A DNA stretch of 62,915 bases, filler included, from Basidiobolus ranarum (GCA_040143965.1; 27 parts of 27 records of this genome joined end to end with filler, not necessarily neighbours in it); one strand, 5' to 3'; positions 23,311-36,342 are shown, counted from the whole stretch's first letter. A program made the numbers and translations. The notes: generated by a model from the letters alone, not told the origin.

Positions 23311-25747
23311 NNNNNNNNNNNNNNNNNNNNNNNNNNNNNNNNNNNNNNNNNNNNTTAATTAATTAANNNNNNNNNNNNNNNNNNNNNNNNNNNNNNNNNN
23401 NNNNNNNNNNCTTCGACCGGGCACGTGGAGACTGCAACCCCACTCCTAGCGTGCTGACCTGCTATGTTGGCAGCGGAGGCTTTGCAAGAGCCCAGACGAG
23501 GCTCTTTCTCACCACCACAACTGACATATCCAATATGAGACAAGCATCCTTACACCAGTCGTTTAGTTTTCCAGCTTCTGCCCTTGGCTGTGACTTTGCT
23601 AGTTTTTTAGGGATCCTGGCAATCCATATGATATCCGAAAGCATGCGGCGCGCGAATCCATCCTCATTGGTGTGGTTTTTTTTAAGATGTATTCGACAAG
23701 AATCAGTTTTAGCTCAGATTGGACCATTCATGGCAGAATCTAATGTTGTACAAAGTCCAAAAGATCGATGTTTTGGCTATTGGCCTTAATATGTTTCAGC
23801 GGTTTTGTTGGTCAAGAAAGGTAGATGCTGACAATGGGGGTTGACTATTAATGAAACAAGTGATCCATCCCTCGTACCAATTAACTCATTATCTATGGCC
23901 ATCTACTAATGCCCATCATGAATGTTACTACATGTATAGAGTTGGCAACAGTAGCCATAACTCATATAAACCTTTTGTGTTGGTTGAGGTATACAGACTA
24001 CCGTTGACATGTTAAAAGAAAGATCTCTGAGCTTGTGCATTGCTTAACATTCTAGAGCCACGCATATTAACAGCAATTCTCACAGTGGATGTAGGACTTA
24101 GGATGCTCTGACATTGCATTACAAAGAATGTGAGTTGTTTGTGTGCTGTACTTTTTAGTGAAATGTAAATAAATATAACAAGCTTCTCTTGCAGTCTTAT
24201 AAATGACATTACACCTAAATTGGCAATCTACTGAATGCACTGGCTGCTGATACATGCCACATATTTAGACATCTGAATCTCAGCTTCTTGGGTTTGAGTT
24301 TCTCTGGCATTGAATTGAGTGTTGGATTATTACTTGGTTAACTAACTCAAGAAGCTACCCAAAAATTGATTATCGAAGTAAGCAAGGATATTGCAGTCGG
24401 CTGCTGTGATCCTCGAGTTAATTGAAAAGAAGTGTATGATTAATCGGGCTTGGTAACATCCAAGGTTAGAAAATTACCCGAATCAGGTATATGGAAATAC
24501 CGGTGGGGTCATGAGGGTAAGCTGGGTAATATTGAGAGAAAAACTGAAAATCCAAGATGATGGAATACAATTAGCCTGAATATTACTATCAGGCGATTTT
24601 GACAGGTAGGCTATATGTGGCGCATGGCAGTGATTTTTGGGGATGATTATAGCATGGGCTCTGCTCCCAACAACTGGGTGGCGGTGTATGGAACTTGTGA
24701 TGAGCGCTCACCTTGCATCCCCAAATGCGGTGGTCAGGGTGCGAGTTTTACATGTACAAAAGTAATCCGAAAAACCAATGGAATGATGTGGTCAAATTGA
24801 TTGAAGCAGCTTGTGAGAAAAACGACCTCAAGCCAGACAGGAATTTGTTCACTCGTGTACAAATTTGGTAAGCAAGGTACACAGCATTATCTCTACCAAA
24901 AAGTGAACCAAGTAATACATTACCCAACTTATCTCTCCGGATGACCATTGGATCACAATAGGAATACAATAAGCTCATCACCCAAATGATGACAACCTTC
25001 ACCTGTCAAATAAAATGCATGCAACATCCATTTATCATTACAAAGCATAATTATGACCTGCGCTTGGATGATGCTATTGAGAACTCCAAGTCAGCTTCTA
25101 GTCACCTACGGTAAAGTCGGACCATGCCAGAGGAACGTAGAAAATGGTACCACATATCACTGCTTTCGTACTTCACAGTGACTCCTGTCCTAGCTAGAAT
25201 CAACTCCACTTGAGGTTTTGTAAATGGCTAACGCTACAGCTGAAACGACATGAATAAGCAACACCAACGCTGTATTGTTTTCGTTTTAATTCTTCATGTA
25301 CCCTGGGAAAAGTCCGTGTCAGCCTTAGATAGCTTATTATGACAACAGATGGAATTACCTTTGAGCTACCTTCCACAAAGCTCGCTCAAGCCAATCGAAT
25401 GGGGCTAGTGTTGGTGAAAACTGAATCAGGGAATCTTCTCACCCGATCATGTCCACTTCAACCCTTACCCCACTTCACTCAGCTTGCACAAATGGATTGG
25501 GGGCTGGAGATATTTTGTGCACCCAATCAGCTATACTAATCCACCATTCGATTATTGGCTTATCCCAGATGTTACGGGTTAGGGAATTTCATGGAAAAGG
25601 TGGCGTCGTATGCTGTGCAGCTCCTCCCTGTCCATTCTTTTTTATAGNNNNNNNNNNNNNNNNNNNNNNNNNNNNNNNNNNNNNNNNNNNNTTAATTAAT
25701 TAANNNNNNNNNNNNNNNNNNNNNNNNNNNNNNNNNNNNNNNNNNNN

Positions 25748-27139
25748 GTTCAACATTTTGGAAACTGTGCAGAATCTTGCCTGAAATCACCTGGATTTGA
25801 GTCAATCGTGGAAAAACCAAAAACCAGGCATTACTCTAAAGGTTCAAGACTTATTTTATGTTGCTTATCTAGGGTTTTTGCAAGAAAATGGCAATTGAGC
25901 TAGTATAGGCCTATTCATGAAACATCTCAAAAATGTATGCAACTATCAACTTGGAAAAGAAAGAAAAGCAGCTAAAGAAGTACCCAAGGAGCAGGAAGTT
26001 AGTAAACCCAAGGGAAAAGCAAAGGTGCGGGTGAGTTTAGGCTCTATTGTCCCTCTTACCAAAATCTTCACACCATTGCCAAGATCTGCATTTCCAGAGT
26101 GAGCTCTACTGGCAAAAAAGCTTAATTTCACCATGAAATCATGTACACCTGTTGGAAGAGTGCTAAATTTGGAAGTTTATCCAAAACCTAGCACCTCTCA
26201 ACAAACCAAAACACCAGCAAATTAAACTCACAGCTCTCCAACCTCAACTAGTACCTTTCAAAGTGTTAAATTAGCACCAAAGTCAAATGCAAGCTACAAG
26301 CCACACAAACACCACAACACACCCTCAGTAGTGTTGCACCTCAAGGACATATGAAAATAGCAAAAGTGCTTGAGGAGTATTTTCAAAACTATGAAGGGAA
26401 AAACGCAGTGCAAGTATGCAGAAAGTGGCTTCAGAAGAAGAACATTTAACTTGATGTTCAGTCTGGTGTTGACCATTCAGATATCTGGGAAGAACTTAAT
26501 ACAGAGTGGCACAATATTGCAGGATATCTGCCAGATAGCTGTAAGAATGTTGATTCAGCAATGTTAATACAATGGTAGGCTTTGATGGAGATATTGGACT
26601 TGTTCCACTGTGCCAGGAATTATCGGACCTTGGATCCATATATTAAAGTAAATGCAATTCAAATTGATCATTCCAGAGGGTGCTCAACAGTGCCAAATTG
26701 TGCTGCATAAATTTTAGAATATATTATCCAATATGATACATACAGCACAATCTGGCATTATCACAGAGAACAAGTCCTTTGATACAAACTTTTATTGGAT
26801 ATGAGCTAAACCTTGGGTGCGAAGAACTATATAAAATATTAGGGAGAATTTATCAAAGAAACTAGGAATTTTAAAGGTGACAAATTAGCATTCAAGTGGT
26901 AAATGTGCAAAATTTGAGTTACATTTTTTGCACATATGTTGATCCATAGTTCTCTGAGATTGTAGCTAATCATGTGCAACTATTTTGCAAGATCTTGAAA
27001 TTTCACCCCTCAAACTAAAAAAATTGATTAAAACCAAATCTAACTTGATGATTTTATGATGGTGAGTAAACAGTCAATCCCAAATGGATTAAATTGTGAC
27101 AGTTTTCCTACATTTACAATCCTTGAATTTCTGTTAGGG
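25748..27139 (+). mobile_element. CMC-EnSpm accessory ORF region and end A, degenerate
   Basis: Repeated in contigs 9, 10, 13, 20, 24; ends CTGTTAGGG. Confidence 0.75.
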
Positions 27140-27984
27140 TGATGGTGCATCTTGACTTATCAAAATGAATTTTAATCCTCTTGAAGTGGCCTTGCATACA
27201 GATATTAAATTGTTGGCAATATCTGGAACATATAGTACATCCTTAAAAGTATACACTTTCTCTTCAGAAGCTCAAGTTAAAATACCTTGAAATGCTCCCA
27301 TTTCAATAGTATCTGATGTGCCGTCATCTCCCATGAAAACCTTTCTGATTGAGATTTCTTCCTAATGCACAAGCCAATGTTTTTCATTTGTGAAATGTTG
27401 GGAAGCTCTGGAATCAATACACCACATATGAGAATCCTTGTTGGTAGTTATACATAGTGCAGATATGAACAAGTGACCTTCTGTTGTAACCACACTGCAA
27501 ATTCAGTATGTTTTTCTTATGCAATTCTTTTAAAGCATTATTTGCTTAAATGCCCAGCTCTTTTAAAGTAATCACAGAATGTGTTAAATTTCTTCTTAAA
27601 GTGCTTTTGACCTATATAGGAAAGTAGCCCACAGCCTATTAAAGCATTTTCTTCATTCTTTTGGTTGGATCCTGATTTTTGTAAGTCTTCAACCAGAAGT
27701 CTGCCAAATATATAATTCAAGGTCAAATTTTTAGTTCTTGTTTCTAGAGCCATTACTAGACTCTGAAACTTGTGTTGCAGGCTATCCAGGACTGTAACTA
27801 TGATATCTTGTTCAATGGTAGGTACTCCAATGCATTCCATTTCATCCACTAAAATAGTGACTCTATTAATTAATGATTTAATGTCTTCTCCTAGCTTCAT
27901 CTTTAAGTTAAAGAATTGTCTTCTTAGAAACATCATGTTGGCTGCAGAACATATTTGGTGGGTGTCTTCCAAGGATTTCCATAC
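27140..27984 (-). mobile_element. Copia gag-protease, degenerate
   Basis: MFLRRQFFNLKM gag motif; WCIDSRASQHFT protease-like motif; VLYVPDIANNLISV. Confidence 0.88.
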
Positions 27985-28084
27985 NNNNNNNNNNNNNNNN
28001 NNNNNNNNNNNNNNNNNNNNNNNNNNNNTTAATTAATTAANNNNNNNNNNNNNNNNNNNNNNNNNNNNNNNNNNNNNNNNNNNN

Positions 28085-30320
28085 AAGCCCACCATTGTAT
28101 TCATGTTGCTGAATCAACATTCTTCCAGCTATCTGGCAGATACCCAGCAATATTGTGCCACTCTGTATTAAGTACTCCCCAGATATCAGAATGGTCAACA
28201 CCAGACTGAATGTGAAGTTGAAAGTTCTTCATCTTAAGCTACTTTTTGCATACTTGCACTGCATCTTTCCCTTCATACTTTTGAAAATACTACTCAAGCA
28301 CTTTGACTATATTTGTATGTCCTTGTAGTGTGACACTACTGAGGGTGCTTTGTGGTGTGTGTGTGGCTTTTTGCATACCTTTACCGTTGGGGCTAATTTC
28401 AACACTTTGAAAAGTACCAGTTGAGGTTAGAGAGCCATGAGTTATATTTGCTGGTGTTTTGGCTTGTTGAGAGGTGCCAGGTGTTGGATAAACTTGCATA
28501 TTTAGCACTCTTCCTACTGGTGTACCCAGTTCCATGGTGAAATTAAGCTTTTTTGCTGGTATATAAGATTCTGGAAATGCAGATCTTTGTAATGGTGTGA
28601 AGAATTTGTAAGTGCAACCATAGAGCCTAAACTCACTGGCTCCTTTGCTTTTCCCTTGAGTTTACTAACTTTCTGCTTGTTCAATACTTTGTTAGCTGCT
28701 TTTCTTTCTTTGCCAAGTCAATAATTGCGTACACTTTTGAGATGTTTCATGAATGGGCCAATACTAGCCCAGTTGCCATTTGCTTCCAAAGACCCAGGAT
28801 AAGCCACATGAAATAAGTCAAGAACCTTCAGAGTAATGCCTGGTTTTTTGTTTTTCCCCAATTGGCTCAAATCCAGATGATTTTGGACAAAATTCTGCAC
28901 AGTTTCCAAAGTGTTAAACCACTCATCATCAGAGCAAGAGATGGTAGCTCTGACATTCAGAGTCTTTTGGTTTGCCAGTTTTCCTATGAGATTTCTACTT
29001 TCATGTGCCCAAGCAATTTTTGGTAGTTTTGTAGGCTTAATGATCCAACTCATATTCTGCTCTGCTAGATTGTCATGGAGACATTAATATGTATGGTGTG
29101 GAATTGATTGAAATCCCATATGAGAATGAATGGAAGAACCAGCATTTTGCTGTAGCTCAGGTACTGCAATCCAAAGATCTTGTAGCATTGTTTAGTGACT
29201 CTCTAACTATTGACTAGTTGCTTCCAAATGCTGCATTAATTGCAATATTGCAGCATTTTTGCTTGTCATGGCCTGTATAGCAACTTCATAGTTTTTACTA
29301 ATGATTGCATACAAATAATTATGGTGTTCAGCCTGCAATTCCCTTATTGTAATAATTCTATCCAAATTTTCTATGGAGGGTTGTTCAATAGTGAGCAAAG
29401 TAGCCATTTTGGAAGTTGATGGTCTTGATGGTGTTTTAGTAGAACTTTGCTCAACAATTGATTTACTAAGTAATTGGGGGATTCCAATCTCCTCACTTGC
29501 ACTATTGCTGGAAAGGAACACATCTGGTAAATTGAATAATGCTTCATCATTACGTGAGCTAGTTTTTGGCATGTTAATGCCTTCCAAAGTGGATAGTGGA
29601 TCACTTGACTGCCCATCAATTCAGTCCTCTATTCTTGCTGGTTTTTTCCTTTTGTGCCAGCAGGCTTTGGCTTGGAAGCCAATTTCGAATTAGACTTTGA
29701 ACACTTTTTGAATGGCATTAAAATTTTCAGATGGTAAACTTGGTGTAATGAAATTGCTTACAAACTGTTTATAATATGCCAAAATTGCCATCCATTACTG
29801 GAAATATCTTGTAAATCTCCTGATGACTCATCTGTGACACTGTCTCAGAATCAGCAGATGATATTGATGGGCTAAACCTAAAATATCACCATTACATGAG
29901 AGGTGTTCTTTTTCTACAATTTTCTTCTCATGTCACAACCCACACATTTAAAGAAACCCTGCTATTATTGTTGCAAATTGTTGTGCTATGATAGCCAGAG
30001 GCTTTATAGAAAAAATAATCACAAGCACAGTCACTGTACAAAGCCACCAGCTGCACAAAGCCTGGTGTATACCAACAGTACCAATGGTTGTATATCAGAA
30101 GTTGAACAAGACAATGGTTTTGTTATGGACTCTTTGTTATTGGCAAACATTAGTCCACTCTTAACACTTACTATGAAAGAAGCAGCTTTGATTATTCAGG
30201 AGAGGAGTATTCAATCCAATCTTAGCAACCAGGTGTTTATTGGTTTTCTTACACTTTTACCACTGTTGATTGGCAACTGTTGCTTGCCACAGACCTGGTA
30301 CAAGTGGAAAACACTTGTCA
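28085..30320. mobile_element. CMC-EnSpm central region: accessory ORF (minus) diverging from a Cys-rich ORF start (plus)
   Basis: Minus part matches 25748-26590 and 45680-46638; plus part matches 2345-2641. Confidence 0.65.
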
Positions 30321-30526
30321 NNNNNNNNNNNNNNNNNNNNNNNNNNNNNNNNNNNNNNNNNNNNTTAATTAATTAANNNNNNNNNNNNNNNNNNNNNNNN
30401 NNNNNNNNNNNNNNNNNNNNACAAAACTATAAATGTCAACTTTCTACTCAATAAATCAATAAGTGAAAACCACCAATTCCTCTAATTCTCCAAACCACTT
30501 CCAACAGGCTCCCAAATACTTTAACA

Positions 30527-31402
30527 CTATCATGCTGGAAATTGATATATGATGATTCTCTTGTTTCTGAGTTAGCTTTACAGCTGCATGAAACAAAACA
30601 GCCTAAAATTGTTGTTATAGAATTCAAGCTAGACCTTTGGAAGGTACATCTTGACTGTAAGACACCATTCTTGATTCCCATTATTCCAGGTTTTTGTCCT
30701 ATTGCCCATCTGTTTTGTGCTGAGTACCTTCCTTTCTGCTTACGACCTTTGCCCTTAACACTATATTTACATCCTCAGAACTGGGTCACATTGGTCATCA
30801 AGTTAAGTATAGATATGATCCAGTATTGTCACAATATCTTAAAAGATTGTTGTCTTGATTGTCACTTTGTTTAGATTTGTATTTAAGCTAAATAAAGTCT
30901 ACACCATCTGGTGCTTTTCATCCCCCCTAAATTTCTAGAAACCTATTAGAAATTATACTTGACAAGGGTGTTGCTGATATTTTCATAGAAGAAGTCAAGG
31001 AACATATTGAATGGGATCTCTTTGATCATACTTTCAGACAGCATATTGACAGCCCTCTTTTTGCACCTTTCTCTTTGGAAATGGAACTCTTAGCAAGATT
31101 TACCAGTTTACTAAAAAACTCTCCCTCTCCTCAAGTCACAAATTTTCCAAGAAATTACTACAGTGAGCAAGCAGTTGAACTTCATTCTCCACTAGACTTT
31201 GACATTCAACATCTATGGGAAATTGCAAACTCTAGGGTTTTCAACTAACCCTAACCCTTCCATACTTCATTGTTTTCTTTATATTTTAACTTAAACTTTT
31301 ATTGTTAGCACATTATGCTACATTGGCTTATTTGTTTAATAGTTGTTTATCCATTTATTAAATAAATATTACACCCTGTGGTGTTTATCATCCCCCTAAC
31401 CC
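30527..31402 (+). mobile_element. Two head-to-tail element 3' ends finishing in telomere-like CCCTAA(CCC)
   Basis: Open frames end at 30874 and 31248; each is followed by AATAAA, CACC-N4-GGTG and CATCCCCCTAA; unit 1 recurs at 37596-37784 and 39120-39380. Confidence 0.65.
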
Positions 31403-31971
31403 AGGCTATGAATCATTATACATTTTATGCATAAATAGAAACAGATCAGAGACTGGAATGTTTACTTCTTTAATAGCTCACCATGTTTGGGATTTCCTGT
31501 TGTATTCCTCTTATCATACAAATATAATTATTGTTTTGAGCAAATTGATATCAGAAATAAGATATGGCAAAAGCTCAAGCAGGAATTCCACAACCTGAAC
31601 AAGAAATCATATGACAAGATGATAGAGCTCTGATCGATTTGTTACAAAGTTGGATTATTGAACAATACAAAAGGGCAATTTTGGAGACAATATATTACCT
31701 CGATCAATTCAATATCTTGCACACGTAGAGCCCATGAATAAACCTCAACCTTCACCCAGTTTGGAGTTAAAGTGAGTTAAGGGTATTTTACCGCATGCTG
31801 AAAAGCACAAATATAGGAAAATGTCACGCTTTTGTAGTTCTTGTATGCTAGTCCTAATCAGTGGCATATCAAAAAAAAATAGTACATACTATGTGAATTC
31901 GTATTCCTTCTGCCTCAGGCATATCAGTGATGTAATTTAATGTAAAAGTTGAAACTTGTTTAGATTGTATC

Positions 31972-32653
31972 GTGCTTTCAAGGTGGTTCGCAAAATCAAA
32001 GTCTCTTGCTTTAAAAGAAGAGTTTCAGTATGTGGAGAAGTTGGGAAGAGAAGAGTTGAAGGCTAGTGTTGGCAAATGTGTGCTAATAAATCCTGGACGA
32101 CGCGATTTGCTGTACTGTATGCACGAAGTACTGCTGAAAACAAAATGGTTTACCGATATAACTACAATCAGACAAACGGCTTGCCAAGAATCTTTGAGAG
32201 AAGTTTGGGAATGATACTATATTAATACTTGGTGACTAGTCGTCTGGAAATGAAAAGTATCATGAACCCAATAGAGGCGTGGTAAGGAGAAAAATGTTAG
32301 CCAAAGAAGGCTTCCAACTATACCTCCTTGACGAGTTTAAAACTTCAAGCCTGTGTCCTACTTGCCAGAATGGTGAACTCGAAAAGCTTCAAAAAGTCAA
32401 AAATCTTAGACCATACAAAAGAGAAAAGTATCCAATTGTATATCGTCACGGCCTTTTAAGGTAAACGCTTTTTACATGCAAGTAAAAAATTCCAACCTAA
32501 TTTCTGTTCAGGTGCAAAAACCAACAGTGTTTAAAGGTCGCGGCCAATACTACTGAAGATTCTCCCCTTTGTCTTTGGAATCGTGACCTGGCTGCTACTT
32601 TGAACTTTAGACATATCCTTTTTAACTTGCGCTCAACTGGGGAAAGACCAGAA
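31972..32653 (+). pseudogene. Fanzor1 (eukaryotic TnpB-like) C-terminal part, degenerate, intron 32461-32511
   Basis: RuvC-I-like VLINPGRRDLLY, RuvC-II LLDEFKTSSLCPTC, HGLLR/CKNQQC zinc finger across a GT-AG intron, RuvC-III WNRDLAATLNF..GERPE. Confidence 0.88.
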
Positions 32654-32753
32654 NNNNNNNNNNNNNNNNNNNNNNNNNNNNNNNNNNNNNNNNNNNNTTA
32701 ATTAATTAANNNNNNNNNNNNNNNNNNNNNNNNNNNNNNNNNNNNNNNNNNNN

Positions 32754-33177
32754 TATTCCTCATTGAACGCATGGGTCGCATCAAGATTCAGTTGATGGGC
32801 TTTGCTTTCCTTACAATCATCTTCATTGTACTCTCAGCTGGTTTCTACAAAATTCAAGATACAGCGGTTGCATTGTTTATTGCCTTGTTCACTTTGGCCC
32901 AAACACCACCACATTCGTACTTCCTTCGGAAGTTTTCCCTACGCGTTTCCGTTCTACAGCTCATGGTATCTTAGCTGCTTCAGGTAAGCTTGGAGCTATT
33001 ATAGCCACATTTGGATTCAACCAATTGGTAGAAATTGGGGGTAAGGATGGAGATCATGCCTTCCTCCCTCAAACACTTGGCATCTTCGCAGCCATTATGT
33101 TCCTAGGATTCCTATCTACTTTCTGGGTTCCAGAAACCAAGGGAAAGTCACTAGAAGAAATTTCTGGTGAATGTTAA
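32754..33177 (+). pseudogene. PHO84: PHO84-like MFS phosphate transporter 3' end, frameshifted
   Basis: MGRIKIQLMGF then, in a shifted frame, GPNTTTFVLPSEVFPTRFRSTAHGILAASGKLGAII...VPETKGKSLEEIS. Confidence 0.85.
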
Positions 33178-34905
33178 TATTGGCGTGATATCTACTTATA
33201 ATATAGTATTCATAACTTGGCGTACATAATTCATTATAAGTTACATAAATCGAAGCAACATCATCCGATAGAACTGGAAGGTAAAGAGAAATTTCAAATG
33301 AAGGAGGGTATTAGTTTCCCTTCCTGGTACTTTCAGACTTAGCTAGACATTCTAAACTTTATGTACAAATGTAGTTACTTGTCTATTCATAAAAAATATA
33401 TATTGTATTGAAACTGTGGTACTTGAAAGTATTAACCATATAGTTTGCGATTATGGTTAGAATAGGTCCTAATCCAAATTTCTTCCATCTAATCGGAATT
33501 CGGGTTATATCGGAGTAATGAAGGGAATTGTTGTTCGGAATGCAATTTATTCATTGATTATAACCTAATCCACCGTAGGTTGAAGTATTGGATGTTTGAG
33601 CAGAAAAGATGTTGCATTCTCTTTCTTCAATGAAGCTTGACTTTCAGTATCATCCTCATTCGATACTCTTAGAACCTGATTATAAATTCGCCCTATTGTC
33701 AGTGGCCTTCATAAATTCATTTATTTAAATTATCCAGTACTTTAGTTCATAGTCTAGATAAAAATCAGTAAATTTTAGCTGAATTACTGATAATATTCAG
33801 TATCCTGCACCAGGAATCCAATTTTCGCTTCTCCGTACCAGAACTGACAGTTTGTCATTTTCCATGTATTACCGAGATACATGCGGAACACATTCCAATT
33901 ACTACTTTCCAAATAATAATTCCATTAACAATAAATAAGAATATTTTAACTTGATATATTGTGTACATATTTAGAGGATGATTTTGTTTTTGTGAAGTGC
34001 CACTTTCACTTTTCCTGATATATTGCCAAGTGTGCATTATGATGGTGAAGGATACCTCAAGAATGGGAATGTACAAATTCTAGACTGAACACCAATTTGG
34101 AAGTAAGTAAGCAAAGGTAAATACAATAGTCCCAGGTGAAGACCTTTTATGACTTTCACATGTTATCTAATTGATGGAATATTTTGTAATCTTGCTAGAT
34201 TCAATACAAAGCGGATTTCAATAGTATCAGTTATCTACGTCATGTTCTGACTTTAACTAACCTACCCTTCTATAGAAAGCTCGGCTAACATATCCCCAGC
34301 ATTACCATAAAGCTCCGAATCCATAAAACTCGGCAAGTGTTATTAACTATATTAAGCCTTACAAGCTATCCTGGAGAGCAGCCATATCTCCCATATTACA
34401 CTACCCTGACTTTAACAATCCTACCCTTGTGCAGAAAGATCGGTAAATATATCCACCACGAACCCCCAACCCCGATCCAGAAATTCGGCCATGATTATTA
34501 ACTAGATTGAATCGGGAAATTCGGAATAGTTACTAACTTGATAAAGTTGACTTACCGTATGCACTTGATCTATCGGGATCAAGACTGTCCAGATACTGCA
34601 AGATCTCTGTGATGAAAAGCGATCGATCCGATACGTGAGGGTTGCCGCCACTCTTAGAATGGATTTTTATTGGATTCTTATAGAATTGATTTTGCTGTTA
34701 AGGTGTTTTTGATCACTGGAAAAAAATTCCGTAAATGCATTGTTTCTCAGTCAAGTCCCAGTTTAGAAATGGCTTTCAAACCACATTACTTGGCCTAGAG
34801 CTGAAATTTATTGAGTGTAGTAGTGGATTCTCGCAAGCCTCAGTTATCATTGACATATATATACTCCGAATAAATCGTCTTATCCCTCATACTTTACCCA
34901 GCAAA

Positions 34906-34985
34906 ATGCGTTATACTACTCTCATCGGAGGTATCATTGCTTTCGCAGCAATTGATGTTCAAGCTGCTCCTGTCCTGAATAAGTC
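34906..34985 (+). CDS. N-terminus of a putative secreted protein (cut by contig end)
   Basis: MRYTTLIGGIIAFAAIDVQA/APV signal-peptide-like; TATATA ~45 nt upstream. Confidence 0.55.
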
Positions 34986-35085
34986 NNNNNNNNNNNNNNN
35001 NNNNNNNNNNNNNNNNNNNNNNNNNNNNNTTAATTAATTAANNNNNNNNNNNNNNNNNNNNNNNNNNNNNNNNNNNNNNNNNNNN

Positions 35086-35458
35086 AAAATCAAATCTAAC
35101 TTGACGTTTTTATGACGGTAAGTAAACGGTCAACCCCAAATGGATTAAAATTGTGACGGTTTTCCTACGATAACAATCCTCAAATTTCTGTTAGGGGATA
35201 GTGTGTTTTTGTTAGTATATTCTTAAGAGTATATGGTGACTTATATAGTAGAAAAGTAAATCAATTGTTTGAGATATTCAGGAGTTTGTATAATAAGATA
35301 TAACAGATAAGTGGGGGTAATAAGACATACTTGTTATATAGATATAGAGATAATCCTATTTAGAATATAGGGGCTATAGATACGTTGCTTTCTGTTTCTG
35401 ATATATGTATCATAACTAAAGTTAACTATGATGTTGAATAAAGATTAATTATCCAACA
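35086..35458. mobile_element. CMC-EnSpm end A (to 35196) abutting a partial Copia family B LTR
   Basis: CTGTTAGGG terminus followed by LTR-B sequence ending ATTATCCAACA. Confidence 0.8.
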
Positions 35459-35949
35459 AATTTCAACATATCCCTCATATTCTTTTCCCCAAATTTAGGG
35501 TCAGGTTTTCCTAAGTGAATCAAGAGTGCAGGGTAGGAGGTATGAAACCTCCTCAAGCTGTTAATTTACATATTTGCTATAAAAGTCAGCATGTTCTCTT
35601 AAGAATAAAGTAACTGAAAAACTATTACAAGTTGCCTCTAATACACAAAGTCTACCCCCATTATGGCAATATCCTCCAACAATATTAAATAAATATCCCA
35701 AGTCAGAGCATAAAATTCAAAGAGAAAGGTGATTTTCCTAGTAAGCTGGGTCTAAGAGTATTCCAGATAGGATGGAGGCAAGAATAGAAAATTCCAGAAT
35801 GGTTGGGGCCCAAGTAGGGTTTTCCAGAATGGTTAGAGCCAGTGGTATAGTATTCACAGTGAGCTAGCCCTAAGGGTTGCTGCTCATCTTAGAGATATAT
35901 AAATCATACACTTTAACGGAATATAGCACAATCAACATTGCTTCTTAAT

Positions 35950-36342
35950 ATGAAATCTTTTGTCAACACCTGTTCTATTGTTGCTACCTTTTGGCTTCTA
36001 TACCAAGTGAATCCTCTTGGTATCAACTGCCATGGAAGTAGTTAGTGTTCAACAACAGGAAACAGCTTGAATCAATTAGTCAATATCATATGGAATCTTC
36101 CAGGTGGTAACGAATATGGCCCTGGAGCTATAATTGCAACTAACTGCCATGTACTTGGAGGGATTACTGCCTTTATACAGAACACGGGCAACCCTATTAC
36201 TGCTTCTAGTGCTTATTTGTTGCTTCATCAGTTGCAAAATCATGATTGTAACATATGTGATAGTGCACCTTTGGGTTTTCCAGGTGATAAAGACATTAGC
36301 CACGGTCAAATTACTGTGAATTTGGTTTCTCAATGCCAATAA
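35950..36342 (+). pseudogene. KP4 killer-toxin-like secreted protein with premature stop
   Basis: Signal peptide + LGINCHGSS*C...HDCNICDSAP...DISHGQITVNLV matches KP4 (LGINCRGS..C; HGC..CGS.P; G.LTVNYV); TAG at 36043-36045. Confidence 0.88.

Noticed and set aside
23411-25647. GC-richer stretches with short ORFs (23451-23789, 24615-25130, 25339-25647)
   Set aside because: May be decayed genes, but no family could be recognised
30527-32653. Functional link between the telomeric-end units and the Fanzor relic on the same contig
   Set aside because: About 570 bp of unrelated sequence separates them and no shared element boundaries are visible; co-location in repeat-rich DNA is enough to explain it
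16396-33177. Apparent phosphate-starvation cluster (alkaline phosphatases + PHO84-like gene)
   Set aside because: They lie on different contigs joined by artificial linkers; order reflects contig size only
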